From the NCBI GenBank assembly GCA_963823665.1, contig CAWGMQ010000010.1, positions 1,120,001-1,184,000 on the forward strand: a stretch of DNA of 64,000 nt. The letters run 5' to 3'. A program made the translations under genes and the position numbers. Below the pieces are notes generated by a model that saw only the letters and a program-made list of their open reading frames with translations, was not told where the DNA came from and searched no databases. Shown piece after piece: positions 1 to 10,019 of this stretch. This DNA is from an uncultured Planctomycetota bacterium. Its GTDB lineage: Bacteria > Planctomycetota > Planctomycetia > Isosphaerales > Isosphaeraceae. Numbering within the stretch: the first letter of the stretch is position 1; every line of letters starts with the position of its first letter.

Positions 1-2
1 TG

Positions 3-488
3 CCGGCTATCCTCCGAGGCGACGACCGCCCCGCGGACAACGCCGAGCGCCTGGCCCTGGCCTCGATTTTCTACGCCACGAAGCGTCACGCCGCCGCCGC
101 CCGGCGCTGGGCCGAGGCGTTCGAGGCCGACCCGAAGCTCGCCGACGATCTGCCGGCCGCCCGCCGCTACGCCGCCGCCTGCGCCGCGGCGCTGGCCGGT
201 TGCGGGCGGGGCAAGGATGACCCGCCGCCCGATGAGTCGGCCCGCGCCGAGCTCCGCGGCCGGGCCCTGGACTGGCTCCGGGCCGACCTGGCGCTGCACC
301 GCAAGCAGCTCGACACCGACGCCGCCGCGTGCCGCCGGGCCCTGGACCACTGGCGAATGGACCCCGACCTGGCCGGCGTCCGCGACGTCGCCGCCCTGGC
401 GGCCCTGCCGGAGGCCGAGCGCGACGAGTGGCGGGCCCTCTGGGTCGAGGTGAACCGCCTGCTGAAGGGAGCGGGAAAGGCCCCCTGA
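3..488 (+). CDS. 3' end of a TPR-containing Ser/Thr kinase-type protein (partial, starts before window)
   Basis: Manual translation from nt 3: PAILRGDDRPADNAERLAL...RYAAACAAALAG...RALDWLRADL...DPDLAGVRD...EWRALW*, a typical planctomycete kinase-TPR C-terminus; TGA at 486-488. Confidence 0.8.
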   Translation, partial: PAILRGDDRPADNAERLALASIFYATKRHAAAARRWAEAFEADPKLADDLPAARRYAAACAAALAGCGRGKDDPPPDESARAELRGRALDWLRADLALHRKQLDTDAAACRRALDHWRMDPDLAGVRDVAALAALPEAERDEWRALWVEVNRLLKGAGKAP

Positions 489-532
489 GCGTTCCGGGCG
501 CAATTCCTCCGCGGCCGGGCCCGCGCCGGAAT

Positions 533-558
533 GCACTCGCTGACGCTTCGGGCTCGTA
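533..558. repeat. REP-like palindromic element
   Basis: cactcgctgacgcttcgggctcgt, an extragenic imperfect hairpin downstream of a stop codon. Confidence 0.4.
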
Positions 559-710
559 GGATCCGATCTTCGCGTTGCCAGTGGTTCGGGGGCAATTTTT
601 GCCCGCCGGTCGCGCTAGCGACCGCCCCTGGTTGACGGAGCACACGCCTGTGGTCCCCGGAGAGGAAGGACACGCATCGCATTGGATGGCTCCGTCGACT
701 ACCGCCGCAC

Positions 711-808
711 GGATGCGTCGACCCTTGAGGAACCGGGTCCTGTAATTCGAGCCAGGGCGCGGCTCCAGGTGTTGATAGTGTGTTTCGGTACTGGGCGTCG
801 TGACGCGT
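711..808 (-). pseudogene. Degenerate 5' fragment of the DUF433-like gene at 1799-2092
   Basis: About 95 nt closely matching 2003-2098 (shared gtaattcgagccagggcgcggctccaggtgttgata); start ATG changed to ACG. Confidence 0.75.
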
Positions 809-822
809 CCTTTGTCTTCGGA

Positions 823-1512
823 CTATGTTGACGTGCTTTCTTGAATCTCGATCCTTCTGAGTAAATCATCGGTGTGATCTTCCAGAGGCAACGGAGGCTC
901 TCCGAGGGCGGTTCGTACTCGCGTGCGCGCGAGTTCGTGCGCCAGTTTCGGGAGCTTGCCTGCGACCGCGGTTGTGCGCAGACGATCGTCCATCGACTTC
1001 GCGAAGTCGAGTCGCACCCGCGCGGGATCGGCCGAGATGCCGAGGATCGTGCCGCACATTCGCCGGATTTGCTTCTCCCTTCTCGTCATCTGAAGTGGGA
1101 ACAGATAGGTGCCTAAACCGAGGGCCGTTCCGATCGCTAGACAGGCGCCGGTGCACATGACAATCAACCGCTTTTCGTCGTCGAACGGTTCGCCAGTCAA
1201 CCACGTTATGAACATCGTGAACGTGCCCATGAAGCCGCCGATGGCGATCGCGCCCAGGACACCGCGGGCATAGGCCATGACGACGGACAGCTTGTTAACG
1301 CGCGCGAGCGGAATTCCCTTGATGTTCGCCCAGTGGGCCCGGGCGATGAATGGAATGCCTTCCGAAGTCGACTCGCCGAGTCGGATCAGATAGAACGATT
1401 CGAGCGGAAGAACCGGGAACAGCGAAACCATGAAGAATTTGGTGACGATCGGCATCGAGCCAACTTTCTTGACACGACCATACGTATCTGAACCGATATG
1501 CACGTGATACAT
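823..1512 (-). CDS. Hypothetical membrane protein
   Basis: ORF with 2-3 hydrophobic segments; likely start MYHVHIG at 1512. Confidence 0.7.
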   Translation of the reverse strand: MYHVHIGSDTYGRVKKVGSMPIVTKFFMVSLFPVLPLESFYLIRLGESTSEGIPFIARAHWANIKGIPLARVNKLSVVMAYARGVLGAIAIGGFMGTFTMFITWLTGEPFDDEKRLIVMCTGACLAIGTALGLGTYLFPLQMTRREKQIRRMCGTILGISADPARVRLDFAKSMDDRLRTTAVAGKLPKLAHELARTRVRTALGEPPLPLEDHTDDLLRRIEIQESTST

Positions 1513-1589
1513 AAACCGGACTGTGTTCGATGGCGCGGCAGGAAGAGAGACGGGGCATGAGCCTTGACGCATGAGGCAACCGGCCATGG

Positions 1590-1615
1590 ATCACTGGCGA
1601 AGCCAGTGGCACCCA
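1590..1615. repeat. REP-like hairpin
   Basis: cactggcgaagccagtg inverted repeat in an intergenic position. Confidence 0.45.
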
Positions 1616-1798
1616 CCTCAGTCGGATGATTGTGCAATGGTATTTAGAAGTCGCTGGCGGACTACTCATCGCCACTCGTTCAGTGGGTGAATCCGGTCGA
1701 GTATCGGAATGCCGGAAGACTCCAGCTTGCTGATCGCGGTTGCGATTCCCCGATCGGTCAGGTTGTGACGCCGACGAGGTTTTCGTCGAGCAGGAATT

Positions 1799-2092
1799 TC
1801 ATTCCGGCGGTGGATCGAGGAGACCTCGGGCGCGGAGCCGGGAGGCCTCGCGGTCCCGCTCTTGCTCGATGAGCGGCCGGTTCTTTGCCACATAGTCGAG
1901 AGCCTCGATGACCGCCTCGAGGGGGACTTGATACTCCCGGGCGAGTTCTTCCGGCGTGAATGGATCAGGACCGCGGATGGCCTCGTCGACCACCACCGCT
2001 CGGATCCGTCGACCTTTGAGGAATAGGCTCCGGTAATTCGAGCCAGGGCGCGGCTCCAGGTGTTGATACTGTGTTTTTCTCTTGGGCGTCAT
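1799..2092 (-). CDS. DUF433-like HTH antitoxin-type protein
   Basis: 97 aa; LFLKGRRIRA...TPEELAREYQVPLEAVIEALDY pattern. Confidence 0.7.
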   Translation of the reverse strand: MTPKRKTQYQHLEPRPGSNYRSLFLKGRRIRAVVVDEAIRGPDPFTPEELAREYQVPLEAVIEALDYVAKNRPLIEQERDREASRLRARGLLDPPPE

Positions 2093-2101
2093 GACGCCTC
2101 T

Positions 2102-2708
2102 CTACTGTACAAGGTTCGTGCCGGCGTGCTGTTCTGATCTGAACCCGTTAGAGCTTTGCTGAATACGATCCCTCGATGCCTGGATCACCTCGATGATTAG
2201 TTCGGGGAAAATCTCGACGACGCGTTCCGGGCATTCGACCTTGGCGAATTGGTAGACCGAGCGCAGTACGCTGTACAACCTCCAACCTCGTTCAAGGAAG
2301 AAAGATTCCTCAACCTCGGAGCATGCTTCCATCACGCGTGCCATCTTGGAAATGTATTCGACGGAAGCGTAGTGACCGAGAGCCCGACAAAGGAGAATGG
2401 CACCCACCCCTCTACATTGGTTGCAAGTCACCCGGCCAGCGCCCCGACATTGCGGACACCGCGGACCCACGCGACCCTTTCCGCGTTCGTAATAAGTCCC
2501 TCCGCATGCGAAACAACCTTGAAGTTTCTCGAGGTTGTACCACCCGCTCCCTTCACAGCGCGCACATCTCGGGAGTAGAACTTCGATTGAAACCGCTCCC
2601 AATACATTCGGCGCAGCGAACCTGTCCATGTTCACAAAGCGGACACTCGATCGTGTCATCGGTTTTGAGCACGCAGACATCAACGGGGAGTTCCATCGGG
2701 TCACCCAT
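2102..2708 (-). CDS. DnaJ-type cysteine-rich zinc-finger protein without J domain (frameshift near 2570)
   Basis: CPLCEHG and CAECIGSG in ORF 2553-2810 continue as CARCEGSG, CFACGG, CPQCRGAG, CNQCRGVG in ORF 2102-2728. Confidence 0.65.
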
Positions 2709-3038
2709 GTAGTGCCGTCGCTCGCCATATTGTGCCGTGGCGGTGAGATGCGAGCGCGACGGCTCTATTAGCCTCTTTTGGATTCTGAACGATCCGATCC
2801 GGGACTGCAAGGTCGTGGTTCGGAGCCTCGTGATCCCACCGGGGACTGTTAAAGGTGTCTGACACCTTTGTTCCAGCCGTTCGCGCCTCAGGGCCGGGCT
2901 TTCCCGCTTTGCTCAGGTAAGCAACGTTGCTCCGCGAACGGCTACGAGCTTAGAATCAAAGGCAGTCGCAAAAGGGGGCGACATGGCGATTGAGTCGCTT
3001 TCGTTCCAGAGACTTTGATCAGCTCGAGAGAATGACCA

Positions 3039-3299
3039 ATGGCCACGGCGACCGGCAGGATCTTCAAGCAAGCTGATCGTCAGGGCGGCGACGCCTGCGT
3101 TAAGGGCACGCGCATCCCGGTTTGGGTTCTGGACAACTGTCGCCGTCTGGGTATGCCCGATGCCCAAATCCTGTCGACCTACCCATCGCTCTCGCCTCCC
3201 GACCTGGAAGCCGCCTGGGATTACGTCGCAGCCAACCGGGAAGAGATCGAGCAGGCCATCCGCGAAAACGAAGAGGGCGACGACGGCCGCGTGGAGTAA
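3039..3299 (+). CDS. DUF433 family antitoxin
   Basis: GGDACVKGTRIPVWVL...ILSTYPSLSPPDLEAAWDY; near-identical to 27034-27294. Confidence 0.9.
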   Translation: MATATGRIFKQADRQGGDACVKGTRIPVWVLDNCRRLGMPDAQILSTYPSLSPPDLEAAWDYVAANREEIEQAIRENEEGDDGRVE

Positions 3300-3305
3300 C
3301 GGCGG

Positions 3306-3335
3306 ATGCTGCTCTACGCGGACGAGGACTTCGCT
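3306..3335 (+). pseudogene. Truncated DUF5615 PIN-like toxin (first 10 codons only)
   Basis: atgctgctctacgcggacgaggacttcgct identical to 27301-27330, then similarity stops. Confidence 0.8.
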
Positions 3336-3406
3336 TCATCTGGGTGATGAGACTACCTACTCCAGGGAAACCTGGGCCGATAGAATGGGAAGAAAGGAGC
3401 TCACCC

Positions 3407-3730
3407 GTGTACGCCCGGATCATCGACGAGAGTAATCCACGCTACCGCGGGCCCCTGCCCAAGCCACGCGGACTCCTTCCGGTGCCGCCGGAGATCGCCG
3501 AGGAGATCGCCCGGGAACAAGCGTCAGAGCAGCCATACTACACTGATAATTACGCGAAATTGACACGCGACGACTGGACGCTGAGGTACTACTACGAAGG
3601 AGAAACCGTCGCGAGCCGAAGCACGCCGGAGGGGATCGAGGTGCTGGCCGTCGGTCCGGAGGAGGTCCGCCGGTTCTACCAGGAGACGCCGCCCGAGAAT
3701 CGGCAAGGCGTGATGATTCAGCACCCGTGA
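3407..3730 (+). CDS. Small hypothetical protein, partner of the downstream aspartic protease (copy 1)
   Basis: GTG start after AAGGAG; 107 aa; paralog at 5275-5598; C-terminal YYYEGETVA...IEVLAVG.EEV loosely resembles DUF5678-type proteins. Confidence 0.8.
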   Translation: MYARIIDESNPRYRGPLPKPRGLLPVPPEIAEEIAREQASEQPYYTDNYAKLTRDDWTLRYYYEGETVASRSTPEGIEVLAVGPEEVRRFYQETPPENRQGVMIQHP

Positions 3731-3742
3731 GGTGTCGCTCCG

Positions 3743-4189
3743 ATGAGTCGTCTCGAAGTCCCTCTGCAACAGCGGACGCTCCGCGCTACGGGCGATACGG
3801 TAATCTGGGCTGATCTCGTTCTGACCTTGAAGACCAACCGCGGTGCTTGGGAGGAGGTTCCGTTCCGAGTGGATTCCGGAACGGAAATGACCACCATGCC
3901 AGCATTCGATGCCAAGTCGCTGGACTTGCCGATCCCGAAGAAGCCAGTGTCGAACCTACTTCTTTACGGCCAAGAGGTCCGTTCCGGCCTGCTCCGGGCG
4001 CGGGTTGTCGGTATGGACCTGACCGAGTTCGTATTCCCCTGCTACTTCATTGGCGACCCGGATGTTCTCCCGCCGACGCAAGCGCGGAATCTCATGGGAC
4101 TGACCGGTGTGATCAACCAGATCTGCCTCACCTTCGATGGCAGGTCGACCGTGCGCTCGCCGCGCGGCGTCTTGGTGGTGGAGAAGTGA
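3743..4189 (+). CDS. Retropepsin-like (clan AA) aspartic protease
   Basis: 148 aa; FRVDSGTEMTTM catalytic D-S-G motif and C-terminal NLMGL hydrophobic-Gly motif. Confidence 0.8.
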   Translation: MSRLEVPLQQRTLRATGDTVIWADLVLTLKTNRGAWEEVPFRVDSGTEMTTMPAFDAKSLDLPIPKKPVSNLLLYGQEVRSGLLRARVVGMDLTEFVFPCYFIGDPDVLPPTQARNLMGLTGVINQICLTFDGRSTVRSPRGVLVVEK

Positions 4190-4217
4190 TCGCAGCCGGC
4201 TGGCCGGCTCGACCAAA

Positions 4218-4282
4218 TACCGAACGTGGGACCTGAACCCACACCCCTTGCCGGGGCCGGATTTTGAGTCCGGAGCGTCTGC
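4218..4282 (-). mobile_element. tRNA-Leu(CAA) 3' fragment (att-site remnant 1)
   Basis: Reverse complement reads GCAGACGCTCCGGACTCAAAATCCGG...GTGTGGGTTCAGGTCCCACGTTCGGTA; anticodon, variable and T arms present, 5' acceptor strand absent. Confidence 0.8.
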
Positions 4283-4610
4283 GATATGCGTGGTATTGGG
4301 AGACACGGTGCAGTGATACTTAAGGCCCTTGTTTTCAGGGCAGCTACGATGCCGCACTGAGCGACGCACATTGCAGCGGCATTGGGCTGATATTGCCAGT
4401 TCTGTTACCAATTTGTCGCCAAATCGGCCAACCTGGCCGATCTGTGAACAACCGGTTGAGGTGGCGGTTCGGCGGTTCCGCGTCAACGGCCGCTGGATTC
4501 CCGCCGCGTGATCACCGACCGGAAGCCTTCCGCGAGCTGGCTAATGCCGGGATCGTAGACCAGCTCCATTACTTACTGGCGGGAGTTCGGTATGGTGTCC
4601 CCTGAACAAA

Positions 4611-4891
4611 GGCGCCTACGTCGCGTCAAGGCGCACGTCGCTCGGGGTCGAGGTCTTGGCCGTTGGTTGGGATGAGGTCAGCGAGTTTATCAAGCATCAC
4701 CCTCCCGAGACTCGGCACGACGTACGGATTGGGACGGTGTAGATGCCGCGACTTGAGATCTCAATTCCGGGCCGGTGCGGCCTCGGAGCCTGCTCGGCGT
4801 CACGGGGGTCATCAATAAGATCCGCCTCACGTTCGACGGCACACCAACGCCGGTCGCCCAGAAAGGGGTTCTCGTGGTCGAGAAGAAGTAG
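4611..4891 (+). pseudogene. Decayed copy 2 of the small protein + aspartic protease pair
   Basis: GAYVASRRTSLGVEVLAVGWDEVS...* ends 4742; MPRLEI starts 4743 and jumps by internal deletion to RSLLGVTGVINKIRLTFDG...GVLVVEKK* (4891). Confidence 0.8.
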
Positions 4892-4900
4892 CCGGCGCAG

Positions 4901-4967
4901 TACCGAAGGGGTCACTTGAACCCGCATCCTCTCTGCGGAGACCGGATTTTGAGTCCGGAGCGTCTGC
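4901..4967 (-). mobile_element. tRNA-Leu(CAA) 3' fragment (att-site remnant 2)
   Basis: taccgaagg...accggattttgagtccggagcgtctgc followed by the same gatatgcgtggtattggg as remnant 1. Confidence 0.8.
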
Positions 4968-5274
4968 GATATGCGTGGTATTGGGCTGGTGTTGATTTGG
5001 CGTGGATTCCAGGGATTTCTTAGGGGTTTACGACAACCCCTGGTGTTCTTCGCATTGTAGCCGTGGGTTCTGGGGACACCTTGACGATCTCGGGGGCTGG
5101 GCTAAACCGCTTCGCGGTAGGGAAATGTCATGGTTGCCGATCAGGCAGTCATTCCCAAGCTTTCCGTTCGAGGAGAAACGCGTGGACCTGCGCCCCAACC
5201 GTGATGACCGTCGTCGAAAACTCCCTATTGCAGGGAAACTTCGTCCGATACAATCAGAAGGAAGGAGCCTGGCC

Positions 5275-5598
5275 ATGTACGCCCGGATCATCGACGAGAG
5301 TAATCCCCGCTACCGGGGGCCGTTGCCCAAGCCACGCGGGCTGCTACCGGTGCCGCCGGAGATCGCCGAGGAGATCGCCCGTGATCAGGCAGCACATCAG
5401 CCGAACTATACAGACGATTACGCGAAACTGACGCGCGACGACTGGACGCTGAGGTACTACTACGAAGGCGAGATGGTCGCCAGCCGGAGCACACCGGCGG
5501 GAGTCGAGGTTTTGGCGGTCGGATGGGAGGAAGTCAGCCGGTTCTTTGAGCAGACACCAGATGCAGAGCAGCAGGGTGTTATGATCCGGCATCCCTGA
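5275..5598 (+). CDS. Small hypothetical protein, protease partner (copy 3)
   Basis: ATG after AAGGAG; MYARIIDESNPRYRGPLPKPRGLLPVPPEIAEEIAR identical to copy 1. Confidence 0.8.
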   Translation: MYARIIDESNPRYRGPLPKPRGLLPVPPEIAEEIARDQAAHQPNYTDDYAKLTRDDWTLRYYYEGEMVASRSTPAGVEVLAVGWEEVSRFFEQTPDAEQQGVMIRHP

Positions 5599-5610
5599 GG
5601 CGACGGTTCC

Positions 5611-5673
5611 ATGAGGCGTCTCGAGATCCCTCTCCAACAGCGGATGTTCCGGGCATACGACCGTGGCGAATAA
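5611..5673 (+). pseudogene. Truncated aspartic protease (copy 3, N-terminus only)
   Basis: MRRLEIPLQQRMFRA versus MSRLEVPLQQRTLRA, then a stop. Confidence 0.75.
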
Positions 5674-5697
5674 CAGGTTCTGTCGGCCCCAGCTTCA

Positions 5698-8600
5698 CTA
5701 CACCCGAACCGCCGCAATCATGCGTGCGAGCCGCGCCAGCTCGCGTCTGGGCCCCGGGTCGTTGGGCAGCAGGCGGACTGCTTGCTCACACGCGGCCCTC
5801 GCCTCCGTCAGCCGGTCGCCGTCGGTAAGGGCGTAGCTCAGGTTGAAAAAAGTCGGGCCGTAATTCGGCCGGTGCCGTAGCGACTGGCGATACGCCACCA
5901 CAGCTTCCTCGTGGCGGCCGTTCCTCATGAGGACCACGCCCAGACTGTGGTACGCCGTGGCGTCGATGGGGTCACGTGCTAACAACGCCCGAAGCGCCTG
6001 TTCGCCTTCCTCGTCCGTTCCGTGATGGAAGAAGAAATCGCCGCTCTCTCGTACCGTCCCGAAGTCGCCGGGATTTTCCGCAAGCGCGGTTTCCAGCGCG
6101 GCGCGCGCCGCGGCGAACTGCTGCTTGGCCCACTCCACACGACTCTTCAGCAAGTGCCCCTCAACGCGAACGTGTGGGTCCGTCAGAAGCTCGTCCGCCA
6201 CTTGGTCTGCATCCGCCAGGCGCTCTAGCTGGATCAGGGTCTCGCCCAGCTCGCGCCAGGCCAGGCGATAACGCGGCACCTCGCGAACGACCGCGCGCCA
6301 CTGACGCTCGGCCCCGGGCAGGTCACCCATCGTCTTGAGCAGCAGGGCGAGATTCCGGCGGGCCAGGTAGCCCTTCATGCCCAAATTGATGCTCGAAAAC
6401 TGGAATGCGCCGCTCCCCCCATCATCGAGCAGAGCCAAGTACGCATCGCGGGCCTCGGCCAGCCGGCCCAGCTCTTGTAATGCACCGGCCTCGCGGAACC
6501 GAAGCTCCACATCGTGCGGCTGAAACTTCAGGCCCTGCCGGCAGGCCGCGAGGGCTTCCTCGGGCCGCTTTTGCTGCATCTCGGCTAACGCCAAAAACGC
6601 AAAGGCCTTCTTCACGTGGGAATCACGGGGGTCGGACGCGCGAATGCTCCGGCGCAGGCAGTCGGCCGCATCGGAGGGACGATTCAGATGAAGCAGCGTC
6701 ATCCCGATGTTGAACAACGTAAACGTGTGCTCGGGCCGCTCGGCCAGCTCCAGTGAGAGCAGCCGCATGTCGCGCTCCAGTTTCTTCGCCTGCCCGGCGG
6801 GACTTCGATCGGAGCCGGAATGAACGACGTGCAGGTTGGTCGGGACAACGCGGGCGTTCATCCTGTTGATCGCGGTCAGAATTTGCTCGTGCATCCGCCC
6901 GTCAAACCGCAATTCCGGCAAGTTGCGAAACAGCTTGACGTGGTCAACCGCTTCCAAGCCTATCCCAGCCTGCTCCTCCTCCAGGGAACCCAGGCAATGC
7001 ACCTGCATGACATACCCAACGATGTTCGGATCATTCTGATGCTCGACAAGATGTCTCAGCCCGTGGCCGCATTCGGCCGGAATGGTGTCGTCCGAATCCA
7101 TCCAGAACAGCCAATCGCCCGTCGCGTGGCGCAGTGACTCATTACGCGCAGCCGAGAAATCATCGCACCACGGAAAGTGAAAGAGCTTGGCGCCGAACGA
7201 CTCAACAATCCGCGGCGTTTCATCAACTGAGCCGGTATCAACGACGATCATCTCATCAACCCACGGCCGGATGCTCTCGAGGCATGGACCAATCGTCCGT
7301 GCGTTATCTCGCACGATCATGCAGAGCGAAAGCTTGGGCGTTTTGAGGTCGAGCCGCAGCCGCAGCCCGCCCTCGGGCGCCATGTCGACTGCGAACGGCC
7401 CCGGCCCGACCCGCGGCGAGCGTGTGACCCAGTTCATCGGCGACGGATGAAGGCGCTCGCCGTTGCGGCCATGGCCGTTGGCCGACCACTTTGCCAAGAA
7501 TCGTGCGTGGTTCTCGCGCATGAGCGAGCCGGCGTCGACGCCGCTGCCCAGGAATGTGCGACTTCCAAAGTGATGCACGAAACTGTCGCCGGCGATCACC
7601 GCCCGAAACCCCGCCGCAATCGCCCGCAAGCAGTAATCATCATCCTCAAAGCACCCGATCCCGAACTGCTCATCGAGCAACCCGATCGCGTCGATCAATT
7701 CGCGCTTGATCAACAAGCAGAACCCCACCAGCCGGCTCACCTCGACCATCACGCCGTTTTGGACCTTGCCGAAATCCCACGCAAAGCCATCCAGCTCAGC
7801 GATATTGTCGTACGACACCTCAATCTGCTGGGGCCCACTCACAAAGTTCGATCGCGGCCCAACCAGCCCGACGCTATCATCACCGCCGCGAAGCGCCCGA
7901 AGCATGCGCCCCAGCCACCCTGTCGTGACCACCACGTCGTTATTGAGCAGCAGCACTTGCTTGCCGGCCGCAACGCCTATCCCCTGATTGGCCGCTACCG
8001 GGAAGCCGCGGTTCGACTCATTCTCGATCAACCGCACGTCGCCCATCGCCCGCAGGTATTCGACGCTTCCATCGGTCGAGCCGTTGTCGACGACGATGAT
8101 CTCGTATGGCTCATCGGTCAGCAGCCGGATGCTGTCCAGGCACTGTCGGGTAAAGGTGATCTCGTTAAAAGTGACGATCACGATCGAGGTCAGGCCGTAT
8201 TCGGGCGCCGGCAACGGCTGTGCGCGGACGAGGAACTGATACGTGTAAAACTCATCGACGTCGCTCTGAGAGAGTCCACCAATGGAAAGCCCGCCGAGCT
8301 GGACTGTCCCATTCGCGCCATTTCGTTGCGAGAGGTCGTCACCCGGTCCACGCACCGACCACATGCCGTCGATGGCAAAGCCTGCACGATGAAACAGCTT
8401 CTCGATTTCGCGGCGAGTGAAGAATCGCAGATGGGTGCGATCGAGCAGCCCGGCTGATTCGTAGGTCCAGTTGCCTTGCAGCAGCGAGCGAACAACGCTG
8501 TGATGCCGCACGTTGGGAATGCTCGCGACGATGCAACCGTCAGGCGCGAGCCAGTCACGTATCTGTTTGAGCACCCGCGCCGGCTCGCGCAGGTGCTCGA

Positions 8601-9864
8601 GAACGTCGGCGCAGACGATCGCATCGAACGATCCGGGCGGGATCTCGAGATCAAGCTCCTCGATATCGCCGGCCCACACGTGGTCAAGCCGCTCGCGCGC
8701 GCCAGCGGCGGCCTGGGCATCGAGCTCGATGCCCGAGACAATTGCGTTCTGCCGCTGCTTGATCGCCTCGCCGAGCCGGCCCGCGCCGCAGCCGATGTCG
8801 AGCACGCGGCGGGCGGTCTGTGGCACAAGCGCGACGACCTCGGGGCGGGGATACCCGAAATAGAACGGGTCAGGCGTGCCCATTCTAGATCCTGGATTTT
8901 GGATTTTGGATTGGGTGTTGTCGGGATCGGATTCACCGGGGCCGTTCCAGAGCGCGAGCGCTTTGGGTGCGCGCTCGCCAACCCCGTTCGAGTCCACCGC
9001 GAGTGGCTGGACCATCGTGCGCGAGAGCGTCTCCTCCGCCCGCCGAAGAATCGCCTCCATCCGATGCGCATACGTGTGCTTGGCGATCGCCTCGTCCCGC
9101 CCCGCGGCCGCAATCCGTTCGCGCAACGCCTCGCGCTCGATATAGAACGCAAGCTTATCGAGCAGGTCATCACCGTCGCGGTAGGTCGCGAGGTGCACGC
9201 CATCGCGAAACAGCTCGGCCAGGCCGTTGTCGCTCAGATCGTTGGTCATGAGCAGCGACCCGCAGGCAACGGCCTCGAACACGCGCATATTCACGTCATT
9301 GCGGATGCTGCGATTGAACGCGATGCGGGCAGCCGAGTAGGTGCGTGCCATGTCGTCGAAATAGCATTGGCCGATGAACGAATTCCGGTAGCGTCGCTGA
9401 ATGATTCCCAGCAATTCGGCTCGTGTCCCCGGAAAAACATTCCCAACGAACGCGACGTCGTACTGCTTGGCCAAATCATCGTGCTTGCGATGAACACCCG
9501 GATCACAAGCCAGCGGCAGCCATGAAGCGGATCGAACTCCGATGCCGCGGAGCAAATCGACGCCGTCGCGCTGCGCAGCAAACACCAGGTCGAACCGCGG
9601 CGCCTTCTCGCGGCAGCGGTCAAAATCAAGGTGTGTATCGATCGCCCAGAAAGCGCTGGGCCGGCAATCCGCGGGTAAATGATAGCGCAGTCCGTCATCG
9701 ATATTCAGGTAGAGATCGAAGCCGGTGCGAGGCATGCGCTCGAGCTCGTGAGGCTGAAAATGCTGAACCTCGACGAAGCGCTCGAGAGCGCGGTGACAAT
9801 AAACGCCGGCAGTTTCCGGCCGCAGGGTGGTATCAAAGACAATGGCGACGCGTCGAATGTCCAT
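5698..9864 (-). CDS. Multidomain glycosyltransferase (CgeB-like GT + SAM methyltransferase + two GT2 domains + TPR)
   Basis: 1388 aa; NMRVFEAVACG, VLDIGCGAG, VVDNGSTDGS/LLNND, LCMIVRD...VDTGSVD...FSAARN, TPR tail. Confidence 0.9.
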   Translation of the reverse strand: MDIRRVAIVFDTTLRPETAGVYCHRALERFVEVQHFQPHELERMPRTGFDLYLNIDDGLRYHLPADCRPSAFWAIDTHLDFDRCREKAPRFDLVFAAQRDGVDLLRGIGVRSASWLPLACDPGVHRKHDDLAKQYDVAFVGNVFPGTRAELLGIIQRRYRNSFIGQCYFDDMARTYSAARIAFNRSIRNDVNMRVFEAVACGSLLMTNDLSDNGLAELFRDGVHLATYRDGDDLLDKLAFYIEREALRERIAAAGRDEAIAKHTYAHRMEAILRRAEETLSRTMVQPLAVDSNGVGERAPKALALWNGPGESDPDNTQSKIQNPGSRMGTPDPFYFGYPRPEVVALVPQTARRVLDIGCGAGRLGEAIKQRQNAIVSGIELDAQAAAGARERLDHVWAGDIEELDLEIPPGSFDAIVCADVLEHLREPARVLKQIRDWLAPDGCIVASIPNVRHHSVVRSLLQGNWTYESAGLLDRTHLRFFTRREIEKLFHRAGFAIDGMWSVRGPGDDLSQRNGANGTVQLGGLSIGGLSQSDVDEFYTYQFLVRAQPLPAPEYGLTSIVIVTFNEITFTRQCLDSIRLLTDEPYEIIVVDNGSTDGSVEYLRAMGDVRLIENESNRGFPVAANQGIGVAAGKQVLLLNNDVVVTTGWLGRMLRALRGGDDSVGLVGPRSNFVSGPQQIEVSYDNIAELDGFAWDFGKVQNGVMVEVSRLVGFCLLIKRELIDAIGLLDEQFGIGCFEDDDYCLRAIAAGFRAVIAGDSFVHHFGSRTFLGSGVDAGSLMRENHARFLAKWSANGHGRNGERLHPSPMNWVTRSPRVGPGPFAVDMAPEGGLRLRLDLKTPKLSLCMIVRDNARTIGPCLESIRPWVDEMIVVDTGSVDETPRIVESFGAKLFHFPWCDDFSAARNESLRHATGDWLFWMDSDDTIPAECGHGLRHLVEHQNDPNIVGYVMQVHCLGSLEEEQAGIGLEAVDHVKLFRNLPELRFDGRMHEQILTAINRMNARVVPTNLHVVHSGSDRSPAGQAKKLERDMRLLSLELAERPEHTFTLFNIGMTLLHLNRPSDAADCLRRSIRASDPRDSHVKKAFAFLALAEMQQKRPEEALAACRQGLKFQPHDVELRFREAGALQELGRLAEARDAYLALLDDGGSGAFQFSSINLGMKGYLARRNLALLLKTMGDLPGAERQWRAVVREVPRYRLAWRELGETLIQLERLADADQVADELLTDPHVRVEGHLLKSRVEWAKQQFAAARAALETALAENPGDFGTVRESGDFFFHHGTDEEGEQALRALLARDPIDATAYHSLGVVLMRNGRHEEAVVAYRQSLRHRPNYGPTFFNLSYALTDGDRLTEARAACEQAVRLLPNDPGPRRELARLARMIAAVRV

Positions 9865-10019
9865 GGTCGTTGTCCGGGTGTTTGGGCCACAAATCGGAGC
9901 TGTTTCGTATCAGAACAAACGAATCCACAAATACGGTCAGCCACCGATGAAGCGCGTATCAGAGCGCGAGCAATCGGACAGCAGAAGGCGCCTCTGACGA
10001 AAAGAGAACCCAATGCACT

